From the IMG/VR virus record IMGVR_UViG_3300047561_001900, positions 7,822 to 71,821 of that record: 64,000 nt of DNA; one strand, given 5' to 3'. This DNA is from a virus. Lineage: Duplodnaviria > Caudoviricetes. Position numbers and translations under genes: made by a program. The notes beneath the pieces are model-generated. The model did no database searches. It saw only the letters and a list, made by a program, of their open reading frames with translations, and had not been told where the DNA came from. The first letter of the stretch is position 1. Each line of letters starts with the position of its first letter. This document shows positions 34,568 through 45,052 of this stretch, piece by piece.

Positions 34568-35451
34568 GCTATAAGATTTGGATTATTGGTTGCGGTGGCA
34601 TGCTAGGCAAGGCATTTTACAATAATTTTTCCAGCACATGTTCTATAGATGCTTATGATATAGATGTAAACGAAAAATGGCTAAAATATGGCGATATTAC
34701 AGATTATAATTTTTGTAGCAAAAGTATAGAGGTCTTTAACCCAGATATAGTAGTTAATTTTGCTGCACTCACAGATCTAGAATACTGTGAAGCTCATAAA
34801 GATCAGACATACAGTACAAATGCTCTTGGAGCCGACATTGTTACGCATGTGGCCAGGAAATTGAACAAACCTCTTATCCACATCTCGACTGCAGGTATTT
34901 TTGATGGCAAACAAGACACCTACACAGAATATGATACCCCTGTGCCACTCAGCGTGTATGGCAAGAGTAAGCTTGAAGGCGAGAAAGCTGTGCTGAGATA
35001 TAAGAATGCATACATCTTTCGAGCTGGATGGATGATGGGCAGCTTGCAGAAAGATAAAAAATTTATTAAAAAGATATACAATCAGATTCTTGAAGGCAAA
35101 AAAGAAATTTTCGCTGTTACTGACAAATTAGGCACCCCGACTTACACTAATGAATTCTCGTTAAACATCATACGGTACGCACAATCTGGATTATTACCTG
35201 GGTTGTACCACCTGGTGTGTGGTGGCGATTGCAGTCGTTTTGATGTGGCAAAGCACTTCTGTAATCTTGTTGATCCAAGTATCACTGTGACACCCACAAC
35301 ATCAGATTACTTTAGTAAGGAATATTTTGCTGTGCGCCCATATTCTGAAGCATTGATAAATTTTAAACTTAACTCGTTGAAGCAAAATTATATGCGCAAT
35401 TGGAAGGACTGTCTTGATGATTATACGAAAGACTTACTAGCTGTTAAGTAA
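34564..35451 (+). CDS. rmlD: dTDP-4-dehydrorhamnose reductase-like SDR
   Basis: IIGCGGMLG, NFAALTDLEYCE, HIST..IFDG, YGKSKLEGE, GTPTY. Confidence 0.85.
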   Translation: MSYKIWIIGCGGMLGKAFYNNFSSTCSIDAYDIDVNEKWLKYGDITDYNFCSKSIEVFNPDIVVNFAALTDLEYCEAHKDQTYSTNALGADIVTHVARKLNKPLIHISTAGIFDGKQDTYTEYDTPVPLSVYGKSKLEGEKAVLRYKNAYIFRAGWMMGSLQKDKKFIKKIYNQILEGKKEIFAVTDKLGTPTYTNEFSLNIIRYAQSGLLPGLYHLVCGGDCSRFDVAKHFCNLVDPSITVTPTTSDYFSKEYFAVRPYSEALINFKLNSLKQNYMRNWKDCLDDYTKDLLAVK

Positions 35452-36216
35452 TAAATTTTTATAAAAGATAAAATCTGCTAACTCTGTACTCTTCGCAATT
35501 GTTTTGTCATAATTATCTTGTAAAAAAGTTTCCGTTACCTGCAACCAGTCATTGACGAAAAGTATTGGACAATTCTTAAAGTACACCATCGGCAGACTCT
35601 TAAGGCAAATGGGAACTGTCTTGACATAGATAGATTCCCAAACCCTATGACAGTCAATGCTATTACCTGGAGGTGAAATTACATATTTGTAGCTACTAAG
35701 CTTCTCGATATAGTCTTCAAATGAGTGCAAATTAAAATCAAAATCAATAAAATTATAATCTTTTAATACTTTGAGTGCTTGCATACGCTCAGCAGCATTG
35801 GTTTCAATCTTATAATTACAATACACCAATTTAGTTTTAGGTGTATTTTTTCTGAGCACACGCACAAGAGCATCTATATTACCATGTGGCCATTCTGCGT
35901 TTGCTAATCCAATTGGTATTGCTTGAATCTTTTCATGCAATATATGCACATTCATTCCATACCATTTCTTAAGAAATGGGTTATTTAAAATAGGCTCATA
36001 GTTACCTGGTACTTGATAATCTGATTCGTGTGTAATGAGAGTGAATGGGTAATAGATTTTTGGTAATATATTGCTAGCAAAAAACTCCAAAAAATCTGTT
36101 TTAACAAAGAATATATTTTTCTCTGGCGTAATATCAATGTGGGTTTTTTTCTTTGATATGTAATTTGTTGATAATTCCAAGAATTTATCTGAAGTAATAA
36201 TATTTGCATTATTCAT
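35437..36216 (-). CDS. Exostosin-like (GT47) glycosyltransferase
   Basis: AIPIGL, YVISPPGNSIDCHRVWESIY. Confidence 0.7.
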   Translation of the reverse strand: MNNANIITSDKFLELSTNYISKKKTHIDITPEKNIFFVKTDFLEFFASNILPKIYYPFTLITHESDYQVPGNYEPILNNPFLKKWYGMNVHILHEKIQAIPIGLANAEWPHGNIDALVRVLRKNTPKTKLVYCNYKIETNAAERMQALKVLKDYNFIDFDFNLHSFEDYIEKLSSYKYVISPPGNSIDCHRVWESIYVKTVPICLKSLPMVYFKNCPILFVNDWLQVTETFLQDNYDKTIAKSTELADFIFYKNLLLNS

Positions 36217-37144
36217 GGAGAAACTTTTCTATAATTTTTTTGTTATGCAAATGTAAATTATACAAAGGAATCTGTTTACCTTCATAGATAACAAATGGCT
36301 TTTTATCAAAAATAACCTCAATCTGTTTTGAGATGAGCTGTTGGCCTATATAGTGTGCTGGTTCAGTATAGCCTTGTGGGTGACCATTATTAGTCCCCCC
36401 TAGGAATTGACCATATGAGGCGGGATCAAACAACATATTAAACTTGTCAAAATTTTGTGATTGCTCTCCAAAAGGCAAGCTTGGTAACAATCGAAAATAC
36501 TTCTTACTTCTAGCAATAACGTCAATAAAATTCATATCTGTGATGTAATCAAAATGGACACCGGTGGCCTGTTTTATAGCAATTTCACCCTTGATGAGCA
36601 GCTTCACAATTCTGTTAATAAAATTATTACCCGCTTTACTGTCTCTAAAATATAAGATTCCTGGTGCAGCAACAAGTGGTGAAACAACACTATAGCCGAA
36701 CTCACCCTCTTCAAATACAGAATTAAATTGTGTAAGGTTATCAGAGTAAACAAGATTATCAGCTTCTAGGTGTACCACATTCTCGAGATTACTCTTTTCT
36801 ACAAAAATACCTAAAATTATTAAACGCATGAATGCATGATAAAGAAAAACCTCATTCTTGTAACGTGGCCATAAAGATTCTAACAACTGCAATATCACTT
36901 TAAACTCATCTGTACAGAGGACACTGTCTTCAATGGAAATGAGATTGATGTTTGACGGTATACGAGTCTTAATTTTATCAATCTCAGCCTGCTGCAATAA
37001 AAAATAACTAGCGCTAAAGTTCTTTGAATTATACTCTATAGTTTTAAGGTAATAATCAGGGAGACAGGCATAACTATAGGTCTTTTTATCGCTTGCGTTG
37101 CCATTGAATTCACTGTTAAGAAAGACGTATACTAGATTACTCAT
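36209..37144 (-). CDS. Putative glycosyltransferase
   Basis: HLEADNLVY (DxD-like), FDPASYGQFLGG, NLHLH; island context. Confidence 0.55.
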   Translation of the reverse strand: MSNLVYVFLNSEFNGNASDKKTYSYACLPDYYLKTIEYNSKNFSASYFLLQQAEIDKIKTRIPSNINLISIEDSVLCTDEFKVILQLLESLWPRYKNEVFLYHAFMRLIILGIFVEKSNLENVVHLEADNLVYSDNLTQFNSVFEEGEFGYSVVSPLVAAPGILYFRDSKAGNNFINRIVKLLIKGEIAIKQATGVHFDYITDMNFIDVIARSKKYFRLLPSLPFGEQSQNFDKFNMLFDPASYGQFLGGTNNGHPQGYTEPAHYIGQQLISKQIEVIFDKKPFVIYEGKQIPLYNLHLHNKKIIEKFLHE

Positions 37145-37923
37145 AGTAGTGCAATATCATTATCATACTTCTTAAGTGCATCACCACATGCAGCAAGAAC
37201 ACCACGGTGATGCATGAATAACTGACCATACTCTGACTTATCATTTATCAAGTAGTTTCCCCATTGAGAAGGCTCTCGAGACACAGGCAATTTGTGCTTT
37301 ATGGCCATTAATGATAGAATAGACTGATCATGCCGATGTTGTCGGAACGCTGGGTAGTCCTCACCTAGTACGCTTGGCTCATCTGTAATAATAGTACCTG
37401 TCTCACACCATGCGAGATACTCATTAAAGAACTGAACAGAAAATTTATTCTTCTGTATTAAAACATATGACCCATCTATTTGATTACCATTAATATACTC
37501 TTCAGTATTACACTGCATTGTTTCAAAGCAATCGAACTTTGTCCACATATCATTTTTCCATATTGTACCCTCAGGGCAACCATCTCTGTTATCAAAAAAT
37601 AAAACACCACGACTATCACGGGTGCAAATATTAAATAAAGGGGTTATATCACCTGTGATCAGATTACCACTATCTACATAAAATAAAAAATCACCATCTG
37701 AAAGCATTGAGAGTGTCTTCTGTATAATGTAAGGTTTCCACAACCAATATCCACCACCCCGGGGAAGATCAAAAATATGTTTGTTTTTCTTTTTAAACTC
37801 CTCATCAATTAATTCTGGTGTATAAGAAGCATGTGCATTAAAAAATTGCTTTGACGATGCTACCAGATATTGTTGGCACAAATAATAATTGGGAGTAGCG
37901 TAGCTTACAAGTACTTTCTTCAT
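37141..37923 (-). CDS. Putative glycosyltransferase (GT-A-like)
   Basis: GYWLWKPYII, FYVDSG, HRHDQSILSL. Confidence 0.7.
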   Translation of the reverse strand: MKKVLVSYATPNYYLCQQYLVASSKQFFNAHASYTPELIDEEFKKKNKHIFDLPRGGGYWLWKPYIIQKTLSMLSDGDFLFYVDSGNLITGDITPLFNICTRDSRGVLFFDNRDGCPEGTIWKNDMWTKFDCFETMQCNTEEYINGNQIDGSYVLIQKNKFSVQFFNEYLAWCETGTIITDEPSVLGEDYPAFRQHRHDQSILSLMAIKHKLPVSREPSQWGNYLINDKSEYGQLFMHHRGVLAACGDALKKYDNDIALL

Positions 37924-37980
37924 GTTATAATTTTATTATGTGTTCATTGGATTTCAACAGACTATATCTTAATATACTAT

Positions 37981-38847
37981 ATGAATTTTAACGTTTTAGG
38001 GTTCTTAGACGGAGCTGTTGAAATTTTGGAGAAATTCAAGGGTAAAGAACCATGTTGTGTAGGCAAAATTGGTAATGCAGAATTAATGTGTGCTTATAAC
38101 TACTTCCACGCAAAGCATCACAATCAAAATCCAATTGTCTGGAGCCCAACCATTGAACGTGAGATCTATATTAATGCAGGTGTATTTCCCCAAACGGAGG
38201 AGGCGAGAATTTATTTTGCAGAACAGCTCTCTGATGCTGTTGCTAATACGGACATAATATCTCCCTGGAATGGAGGATTAGGTGATTTTGAGCTTCGTTT
38301 TATTAGAAGTCGTAACCCCAATAGCGTGTTAGTTGATCTACAATCTCTTGAGCCTTTTTATAGTGGGATTCCTTGGAGTAGCACTCTCGAAGACAAGACT
38401 GTTCTAGTAATAAGTCCGTTTGTTGAAACTATTAAGAAGCAATATGTGCAACGACAAAATATATGGGCTAATTCCAGAGTTCTGCCAAAGTTTGACTTAA
38501 AAACAATCTACCACCCAACCAGCAAAGCAATTTCCGGTAGTAAGAACAAGTACAGTACTTGGAAGGAAATGGTGGATGATATTAAGCAGCAAATGTCTAA
38601 TATTGAATTTGATGTGGCATTAATTGGTACTGGTGCGTCATCTTTGCCGCTAACATCATTTGCCAAGCAAATTAATAAACAAGCTATTCACTTAGGTGGC
38701 TCCTTACAGCTTATGTTTGGCATCAAGGGCAAGAGATGGGAGCAAATGAAAATATTTAACCATTTCTATAATGACTATTGGACTAGACCGTCTGCAGAAG
38801 AAACCCCTGAAGGTTATAAGCTTGTTGAAGATGGTACCTATTGGTAA
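37981..38847 (+). CDS. Putative glycosyltransferase-associated protein (GT-D-like)
   Basis: FDVALIGTGA, AIHLGGSLQLMFGIKGKRW; start refined to MNFNVL. Confidence 0.6.
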   Translation: MNFNVLGFLDGAVEILEKFKGKEPCCVGKIGNAELMCAYNYFHAKHHNQNPIVWSPTIEREIYINAGVFPQTEEARIYFAEQLSDAVANTDIISPWNGGLGDFELRFIRSRNPNSVLVDLQSLEPFYSGIPWSSTLEDKTVLVISPFVETIKKQYVQRQNIWANSRVLPKFDLKTIYHPTSKAISGSKNKYSTWKEMVDDIKQQMSNIEFDVALIGTGASSLPLTSFAKQINKQAIHLGGSLQLMFGIKGKRWEQMKIFNHFYNDYWTRPSAEETPEGYKLVEDGTYW

Positions 38848-38850
38848 TTG

Positions 38851-39714
38851 TTATTGTGTTTTGCCACTTCTAAACGCTGCATAAGACCAATAGTTTGATT
38901 TAAAATAATTGTCATTAAAATACTTTCTCTCCAACTCAACTTCATTCTCATGTGGTTGCCAGTAGTTAATACCTGGTCGCACAAGCAACACATTAAACAG
39001 ATAATTATGCCACATATCCACATCAAAAGTATGTGGCTGCCAGTATGTTTTATTATTAAATTGTGTCAAAACATCTTCATATTGATCGCCACCTTGGCCG
39101 TGCTTAATGTGAAATGTGGGAGCTGGCCAATCATTGCAAAGTCTTGACTGACCAAATCTCAAGCAAAGCGTGGCATAATGCACATCCCAACACGGGTGAC
39201 CAAGAATATATGTGGGAAATTTATCTGAATTTTCTTTCCACCATTCTGTCCTGATACAAAAAGTATCAAACCCTGCCACCTGGTAATGATCAGCAGTTAT
39301 TGAATCTGTCAGAGTAGAAATTGGTTCTATGGCAAGCCTGCTTGCAGGATAACAATCATAATTAGTTTCAAGAAAAAACTTTATGTACCGGTCTGATATG
39401 ATGATATCATCATTAGTGAAACAAAAATAATCGTAGTTTAGATCTGCTAATTTATCAAAAACCTCCTTCATCATAGGAATTGTTCTTGGTGTGCCTTGTA
39501 TATAATTATGATTTGATTCTGTCAATACCCGCAATGTTTTTATGTCAGGATGCTCTCGCCCCTTTATACTTTCATCAACAAATTGTATGTTATACAGGTC
39601 TATAACATCAGGAAACTTCTTTTTCAGCGCAACCAGAGACTGTATGCACAAGTCTGTACGTACAGATTTACCAAACAAGTTAACACCAAGGGCTATTTTT
39701 TTATTCTGTGGCAT
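38851..39714 (-). CDS. Putative glycosyltransferase (GT-A-like)
   Basis: CFTNDDII DxD-like motif; island context. Confidence 0.6.
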   Translation of the reverse strand: MPQNKKIALGVNLFGKSVRTDLCIQSLVALKKKFPDVIDLYNIQFVDESIKGREHPDIKTLRVLTESNHNYIQGTPRTIPMMKEVFDKLADLNYDYFCFTNDDIIISDRYIKFFLETNYDCYPASRLAIEPISTLTDSITADHYQVAGFDTFCIRTEWWKENSDKFPTYILGHPCWDVHYATLCLRFGQSRLCNDWPAPTFHIKHGQGGDQYEDVLTQFNNKTYWQPHTFDVDMWHNYLFNVLLVRPGINYWQPHENEVELERKYFNDNYFKSNYWSYAAFRSGKTQ

Positions 39715-39728
39715 AAAACTCCAGATAA

Positions 39729-40538
39729 TTAATCTCGTTTAGCGTGAAAACGTTGTATATCTTTTAGTACCCTGTTCACTTTCTTATCATCCATGTCAGG
39801 TACACAGCCTTGCCAAGCTGGCAGATAACCGTGCTTTTGTTTAAAGAGCATGGCACCTTGCTCAATATTCTGTCTCCAATCATCTCTGGGTCTAATTGCA
39901 CTACTCGTTTCCGAACATTCTATTTCATCAAGATACTCTGTACTATTGGATATGTCTGGAAAATGCCAATATGGTGCACCCATGCCAGCTTTAAAAACTC
40001 TGTAGTCATGGTCTACATGTTCAAAGGCGTTGGTATAATCTTCATCAATATAACCAACCTTTTCAATAACTTGCTTACTGTAATAACAAAATGCCCCTAC
40101 ACTATGTCTGTTAAAAGCTATCTTAATTTCCCCATAATCAACCACATAACGAGGTTTTGGCGGACCACCAGAAACTCCATCCTTATTTGCAGGACCATGG
40201 TAACCAAAATTAAAATGCTGAATACCAGTTATATCTTTTGCCCTGATGTATTCTTCAAAGACTTCTTCTTTCTTTATTATTATATCATCTTCAATTAAGA
40301 ATAAATCTGTACAACCTTTTTCAACAAGATACCTTAATGCTTTATTCTTAGATTTACCCACACCCACATTGATCTCATTATGAATGTAGTGAAACGGTCT
40401 TTCCTTTAATAATTTAGCCCAATCTTCAAAGTTAGAACCATCATTTACAACGACCAATTCTACATTCTTAGGTATTGTTCTAAAACATTTTACAAAGAAA
40501 TGCGGCCTATTGCATGTTATTATTCCTGCACCAATCAC
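39729..40538 (-). CDS. Glycosyltransferase family 2
   Basis: GIITCNR, VVVNDGS, FLIEDD, GYIDEDY..FEHVD. Confidence 0.85.
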   Translation of the reverse strand: MIGAGIITCNRPHFFVKCFRTIPKNVELVVVNDGSNFEDWAKLLKERPFHYIHNEINVGVGKSKNKALRYLVEKGCTDLFLIEDDIIIKKEEVFEEYIRAKDITGIQHFNFGYHGPANKDGVSGGPPKPRYVVDYGEIKIAFNRHSVGAFCYYSKQVIEKVGYIDEDYTNAFEHVDHDYRVFKAGMGAPYWHFPDISNSTEYLDEIECSETSSAIRPRDDWRQNIEQGAMLFKQKHGYLPAWQGCVPDMDDKKVNRVLKDIQRFHAKRD

Positions 40539-40601
40539 AACAATATTTTAAATAAAAATACTTGTATTGCAACTGCGTTATATCATATAAATAAAGGATA
40601 T

Positions 40602-41426
40602 ATGCCAACATTTAATAATGTTAATATCAAGGAGCTAAATCAAGTTGAAGAGATAGTTAATGGTGATTATCTCATAACTGAGACAGAGAACGGTACAAAT
40701 ATAATTGATTTTAGAAATTTCGTCGTTGGACCTAACAATGTTAGCTTTTACACTGCTTTTGCTACACTCAGCACTCAAGTGGTATCATTAAGTGCAGATC
40801 TAGGTACCAAGCCCTCCGGATTTACTGCAGCATTAGTTTATAATAGTGGCACCGGCACAGTAGCCATACCTTCAGGTGTTAAGAATCTGAGGGTAACTGT
40901 TGTTGGTGGTGGTGGTGGCGGTGGGGCAGCAACCAGCACTGCAGGTTCAGCAGGGGCAGGTGGCGGCTCTGGTAGTGTAGCAATAAAGTACTTTACCAAC
41001 GTGTCTGGTTCATTCACATACACTGTTGGAGCAGGTGGTGGTTCGAATGCCAGTGGCAATGCTTCTACTATGGTAGTTGGTTCAACAACTGTTACTGGGA
41101 ATGGCGGCAGTGCTGGTACTGCAGGCAGTGCATCTGCTAGCACAATAGTTGCAGGTGGTGCTGGTGGTACCACAGGTACAAATGGTGATTATAATGCTGT
41201 TGGCTCAGCTGGTGGGAATGGCATAGGCGGTGCTGGTACTGCTTCATCAAGTGGCGGTAACGGAGCTCAAGGGTATTTGGGCATGGGCGGCGGCCGAGGT
41301 GGCGTAGGAAGTGGTGGAGCAGGTGCAAACGGTGCTACAGGCACTGGTGCAGGCGGTGGTGGCGGCAGTGGTGCTTCTGGAGCTGGTGGAACTGGTGGAA
41401 GCGGTGTAGTTATAGTTGAATATTAA
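40602..41426 (+). CDS. Glycine-rich tail-fibre-like protein
   Basis: TATAAATA at 40586; VVGGGGGGG...GAGGGSG glycine-rich domain ending GGSGVVIVEY. Confidence 0.7.
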   Translation: MPTFNNVNIKELNQVEEIVNGDYLITETENGTNIIDFRNFVVGPNNVSFYTAFATLSTQVVSLSADLGTKPSGFTAALVYNSGTGTVAIPSGVKNLRVTVVGGGGGGGAATSTAGSAGAGGGSGSVAIKYFTNVSGSFTYTVGAGGGSNASGNASTMVVGSTTVTGNGGSAGTAGSASASTIVAGGAGGTTGTNGDYNAVGSAGGNGIGGAGTASSSGGNGAQGYLGMGGGRGGVGSGGAGANGATGTGAGGGGGSGASGAGGTGGSGVVIVEY

Positions 41427-41638
41427 TTGCTATCTTTGTGAAAGGGCAGAGCACGAGTCATTTTGTGTAGAATTCTCTTGTCATCAATCTGCATAGATTT
41501 CAACCGACTGTATTCTTTATTGAATGCTTTAATGAATTCGTCTGACAAAGAGAAATTTCTTGGATAAAACAACCGACTAACAGTCTTGATGGACCTAAAA
41601 TTTTCCATTAATAGATTGTATGTTTTGTCATATAGCAT
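41423..41638 (-). CDS. Small hypothetical late protein
   Basis: 71 aa; AATAAATA-N4-ATG. Confidence 0.6.
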   Translation of the reverse strand: MLYDKTYNLLMENFRSIKTVSRLFYPRNFSLSDEFIKAFNKEYSRLKSMQIDDKRILHKMTRALPFHKDSN

Positions 41639-41648
41639 CTATTATTTA

Positions 41649-42344
41649 TTATAAAATTCCTTTTTCTTTGGAAGCCAATCCTTGTTGCTCTCTTAATAAA
41701 GCTTCCATCTTGGCTATCTCATCCATATTCACCAAGCTCTGCTCTTCACCATACATATTGCCATCTTCATTAACATACATTGACACAAGATTGAGCCGTT
41801 CATCCAAGTTACCTTTCAATTCAATGAGCACAGGGCTATCGTTGGGAGGAAGAAAAGGTGATGCACCACTTGTTTGAAATTGGTCATAAATTGCTCTAAA
41901 GATATTATCTGTTTCAGAGACATAAGTTGGATCAACCTCTCGCACACTATTATTTTCTGCTGGTCCCATCAAATCCCTTGGACACCAAAAAATAATATCC
42001 AAATACCTCATGCTCTCCTTGACCAGTTCAATACATTCATTAGTAAATGCATCTGTGAATCCTTTCTTGCCTTTATCAAGTGCCCATATTGTGTAAACTA
42101 TATTATCTAACCCACATCTATCAAGAGCCACTTTGTCATGAGCAGTGTATTGTTTCTGCTGATTGAGCATAAACTCAAGAATAGCTTTTTGTAATTTTTT
42201 ATCTGTCTTTTTGCTATGATTATTTTCTGAAATCAAAGATCTATAAGTTTTTTCTGGTGTACTATAACTGGGCCATTTCTGTAGAAAGGCATTTAAAGTT
42301 GTTGTTTTACCTGTACAAGCTGCACCGCTGAAGGCTATTCGCAT
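41649..42344 (-). CDS. P-loop nucleotide-kinase-like protein (AAA_28/NadR-kinase-like)
   Basis: IAFSGAACTGKTT, ALDRCGLDNIVY, NSVRE lid. Confidence 0.7.
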   Translation of the reverse strand: MRIAFSGAACTGKTTTLNAFLQKWPSYSTPEKTYRSLISENNHSKKTDKKLQKAILEFMLNQQKQYTAHDKVALDRCGLDNIVYTIWALDKGKKGFTDAFTNECIELVKESMRYLDIIFWCPRDLMGPAENNSVREVDPTYVSETDNIFRAIYDQFQTSGASPFLPPNDSPVLIELKGNLDERLNLVSMYVNEDGNMYGEEQSLVNMDEIAKMEALLREQQGLASKEKGIL

Positions 42345-42373
42345 ATCTTATTTTATAAGATTTGTAGTAATTA

Positions 42374-43249
42374 TCAACGATTAAACAGATTTGATATGCC
42401 GCCAAATGCTTTTGTTTCTTTGTTGGATTTTTGAGCCATTCTATTCTGATATCTGTTCTTTATTACTTGTGGGGCATTTTCTACATCTTCTGGACTCTGT
42501 GGAACACCCGGTGTCGCTTGCGGTGTTTGCCCGGTGAATACTTGTTTTACTACATCCATGGGAGATGTATTTGACGTATCTTTATGAGATGTTGGACCAT
42601 AACCTTGGGAATATATGCCACCTGGCCCTGTGTTTACACCCAGAGGTATATCTTGTGGTTGACCATACTTCACATCACCTTTCCTATATTGTTTAGAGTA
42701 ATCTGCAAAAGAAGGTATTGGAGGTATTGGAGGCATATACTTGGGACTCACTTGGCTACTTGTGGCAGTTGCATCAACAGTGGTTTGTGTGGGCGGAGCC
42801 ACAGCTGTTGTAGTTGGTTGTTTTGTTTGAGTGGCAGATATGTCCGGTACAGACTGACCTCCTGCATTCGTTGTTGATGCTGTCTGGCCCAGAGGTGTGG
42901 GGATAACAGTCTTTTTCTCTGGTGCAGGTATAGCGGTTTCTTTCTCTGGTTCTGGTATAGGCGCAATTGTATCAGGTAATAATTTACGTTTACTAGGTGC
43001 ACTATCGGGTGAAACTTGGGGTGAAACTTCTATACCTGGTGATGGTGACCTTGATGTTATATTATGATGTATTGCCAGGGCACCACCCAAAGCAATCAAT
43101 GGTGCTAGAAGTTCAGCAACAAGGGTTCCTATGGCAGGAGCAGCTGCAGCCACAGCAGGCAGTGCTTCAATGGCTACTGGTGCAGCTAGAAGAGGTAGAA
43201 ACTCGTTTAGTAATTGGCTTGTTTTGTTATCAAATCTATTATTGAGCAC
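42374..43249 (-). CDS. Pro/Thr-rich hypothetical late protein
   Basis: 291 aa low complexity; GATAAATA-N4-GTG. Confidence 0.65.
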   Translation of the reverse strand: MLNNRFDNKTSQLLNEFLPLLAAPVAIEALPAVAAAAPAIGTLVAELLAPLIALGGALAIHHNITSRSPSPGIEVSPQVSPDSAPSKRKLLPDTIAPIPEPEKETAIPAPEKKTVIPTPLGQTASTTNAGGQSVPDISATQTKQPTTTAVAPPTQTTVDATATSSQVSPKYMPPIPPIPSFADYSKQYRKGDVKYGQPQDIPLGVNTGPGGIYSQGYGPTSHKDTSNTSPMDVVKQVFTGQTPQATPGVPQSPEDVENAPQVIKNRYQNRMAQKSNKETKAFGGISNLFNR

Positions 43250-43263
43250 TAATTATTTATCAA

Positions 43264-43461
43264 TTAGCGATTAATAACAGAGGAGAGCTTTTCACGAAAT
43301 TGTGTCATGAATTTCTGAACAAACCCTTCAAGAGCTTTATTGCCAGCATCAAACCCTTCCGTCTTGATGATATTCGTCAGATCATCTTGATTGAGAAGAA
43401 CTCTGTAAGATTCAACACCACCATTTTCACCAGTAATTTGTATATCAATTGTTACGTTCAT
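43264..43461 (-). CDS. Small hypothetical protein
   Basis: 65 aa. Confidence 0.6.
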   Translation of the reverse strand: MNVTIDIQITGENGGVESYRVLLNQDDLTNIIKTEGFDAGNKALEGFVQKFMTQFREKLSSVINR

Positions 43462-43494
43462 GTGTATGTTTATTCTTCAAGTTAAACTTATCAA

Positions 43495-44241
43495 CTATAC
43501 TTTTAATGCTTTATCCCAGATAACAAGCTGCAATCGGGGGCTAAAATTAAACATGTGCTCTTTGCACAACTCAGCAACCATGGCTGCTTTCTCAGTTAAC
43601 TCAGCACGGCTACCGCAACATGGCATCAACCATACTCTATTGCGAGGCACTCTGATGTCAGGAGCATCTATGTAATTACGAAATACTTCATCAAGGTCCT
43701 CTTGCTTGCTGATGACAAATTTAAACCCAGAACCATTTCTTGCATGCCAGCTCAACACTTCAGGTTTGTATCTCTTGTCTGCTGCATCACCATTATTAGC
43801 AAGCTTTGGTGATGTTGTGAAGGTAGCTTTATACTTCTTGACCCACTCCTCCCGTGGCATAATTGTTGCGTTAGTTTCAAAATCAATGATAGGTGTGACG
43901 CCATGACGTTCCACAAAAGCTTCCACTAAATCCAGTAGTTTATTTTGCTGAATAAGAGGTTCACCACCAGTGATCTTCCATATTGCGCCATTAGTCAACC
44001 GCTTATCATATCCATTTTCTTTTAAGGAATCAAGAATTTCATTCACAGTGAATTTATTTTTAACAGACCAACTCACGTAGCTATCACATCCATACGGGGC
44101 ATCAGCTGATTTGAACCCCTGACATGTCAAATTACACATTGAAAGCCGCATAAAAACAGATGGAATACCTGCAAATTCACCTTCACCCTCAATTGTATAG
44201 AAAATCTTATCATCACTCAGGAATATTGTAGAATCTTGCAT
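43495..44241 (-). CDS. queE: 7-carboxy-7-deazaguanine synthase (radical SAM)
   Basis: FYTIEGEG, FMRLSMCNLTC...CDS, ITGGEPL, FETNAT, SPKL, RLQLVIW. Confidence 0.9.
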   Translation of the reverse strand: MQDSTIFLSDDKIFYTIEGEGEFAGIPSVFMRLSMCNLTCQGFKSADAPYGCDSYVSWSVKNKFTVNEILDSLKENGYDKRLTNGAIWKITGGEPLIQQNKLLDLVEAFVERHGVTPIIDFETNATIMPREEWVKKYKATFTTSPKLANNGDAADKRYKPEVLSWHARNGSGFKFVISKQEDLDEVFRNYIDAPDIRVPRNRVWLMPCCGSRAELTEKAAMVAELCKEHMFNFSPRLQLVIWDKALKV

Positions 44242-44279
44242 ATCAATATATAATAGTATAACTTAAGTTGAAATCAAGA

Positions 44280-44287
44280 CATAAATA
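44280..44287 (+). promoter_or_regulatory. Late promoter CATAAATA
   Basis: 6 nt upstream of phoH ATG. Confidence 0.6.
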
Positions 44288-44293
44288 TTACAG

Positions 44294-45052
44294 ATGTCGA
44301 AAAAAGACAGGGCACTTAAGAAGGCCAATAGACTTGCAAAAGATCAAGACGGTGTCATAAGAACAGACATCTTTCTTAACTTTAAGATAGATCAAAAGTT
44401 CCATTTCAACGAGAGACACAAAGCTCTAGTAGACAGAGCCATGGATGACACCTCGCAAATCATTTTTTGTGATGGTCCTGCAGGTTCATCAAAAACCTAT
44501 TGTGCAGTGTTTGTTGCACTAACCATGTTAAAAGAAAAGAAAATAGACGAAATTGTGTACATAAGAAGTATTGTGGAATCCGCTACCAGAAAATTGGGCA
44601 GTTTGCCTGGTGAAGTTGATGAAAAGTTCAAACCATGGAGCATCCCGTTGGTTGAAAAGTGTGACGAGCTTGTTGGCAAGCAAGTAACTAACATGCTATT
44701 TGATAGCAATTACATGAAGTGTATTCCAGTTAATTTCTTAAGAGGTTCAACCTTTACAAATAGCGTGGTCATTGTGGATGAAGCTCAAAACTTGGAACAC
44801 AGTGAACTGGTGACCATATTAACACGTTTTGGAAAAAATTGTAAATTGTTTGTAATTGGTGATACACTACAATCGGATATCTTTGGCAAATCTGGGTTTG
44901 AGAGAATGATGAATGCTTTTGATACAGATGACAGCCATGCAAATGGAATCAATGCATTCCATCTCACAGAGGAAGATATTACACGGAGTAAGTTATTGAA
45001 GTTTATTGTTAAAGTGATATCAACAATAAAGATAAGAACTAATAAAGATTAA
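44294..45052 (+). CDS. phoH: PhoH-like ATPase
   Basis: GPAGSSKT, LGSLPG, FLRGSTF, IVDEAQN, GDTLQSD. Confidence 0.9.
   Translation: MSKKDRALKKANRLAKDQDGVIRTDIFLNFKIDQKFHFNERHKALVDRAMDDTSQIIFCDGPAGSSKTYCAVFVALTMLKEKKIDEIVYIRSIVESATRKLGSLPGEVDEKFKPWSIPLVEKCDELVGKQVTNMLFDSNYMKCIPVNFLRGSTFTNSVVIVDEAQNLEHSELVTILTRFGKNCKLFVIGDTLQSDIFGKSGFERMMNAFDTDDSHANGINAFHLTEEDITRSKLLKFIVKVISTIKIRTNKD

Noticed and set aside
40700-41426. Collagen-like or tandem DNA repeat
   Set aside because: Gly-rich but without Gly-X-Y periodicity or DNA-level tandem units; it matches ordinary glycine-rich tail-fibre domains.
14808-45052. Cyanophage assignment from heme oxygenase and phoH
   Set aside because: No psbA, hli or bilin reductase in the window, and the H-X9-DG prepilin with autotransporter-repeat PEP-CTERM points to PVC hosts. 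A cyanobacterial host is not formally excluded.
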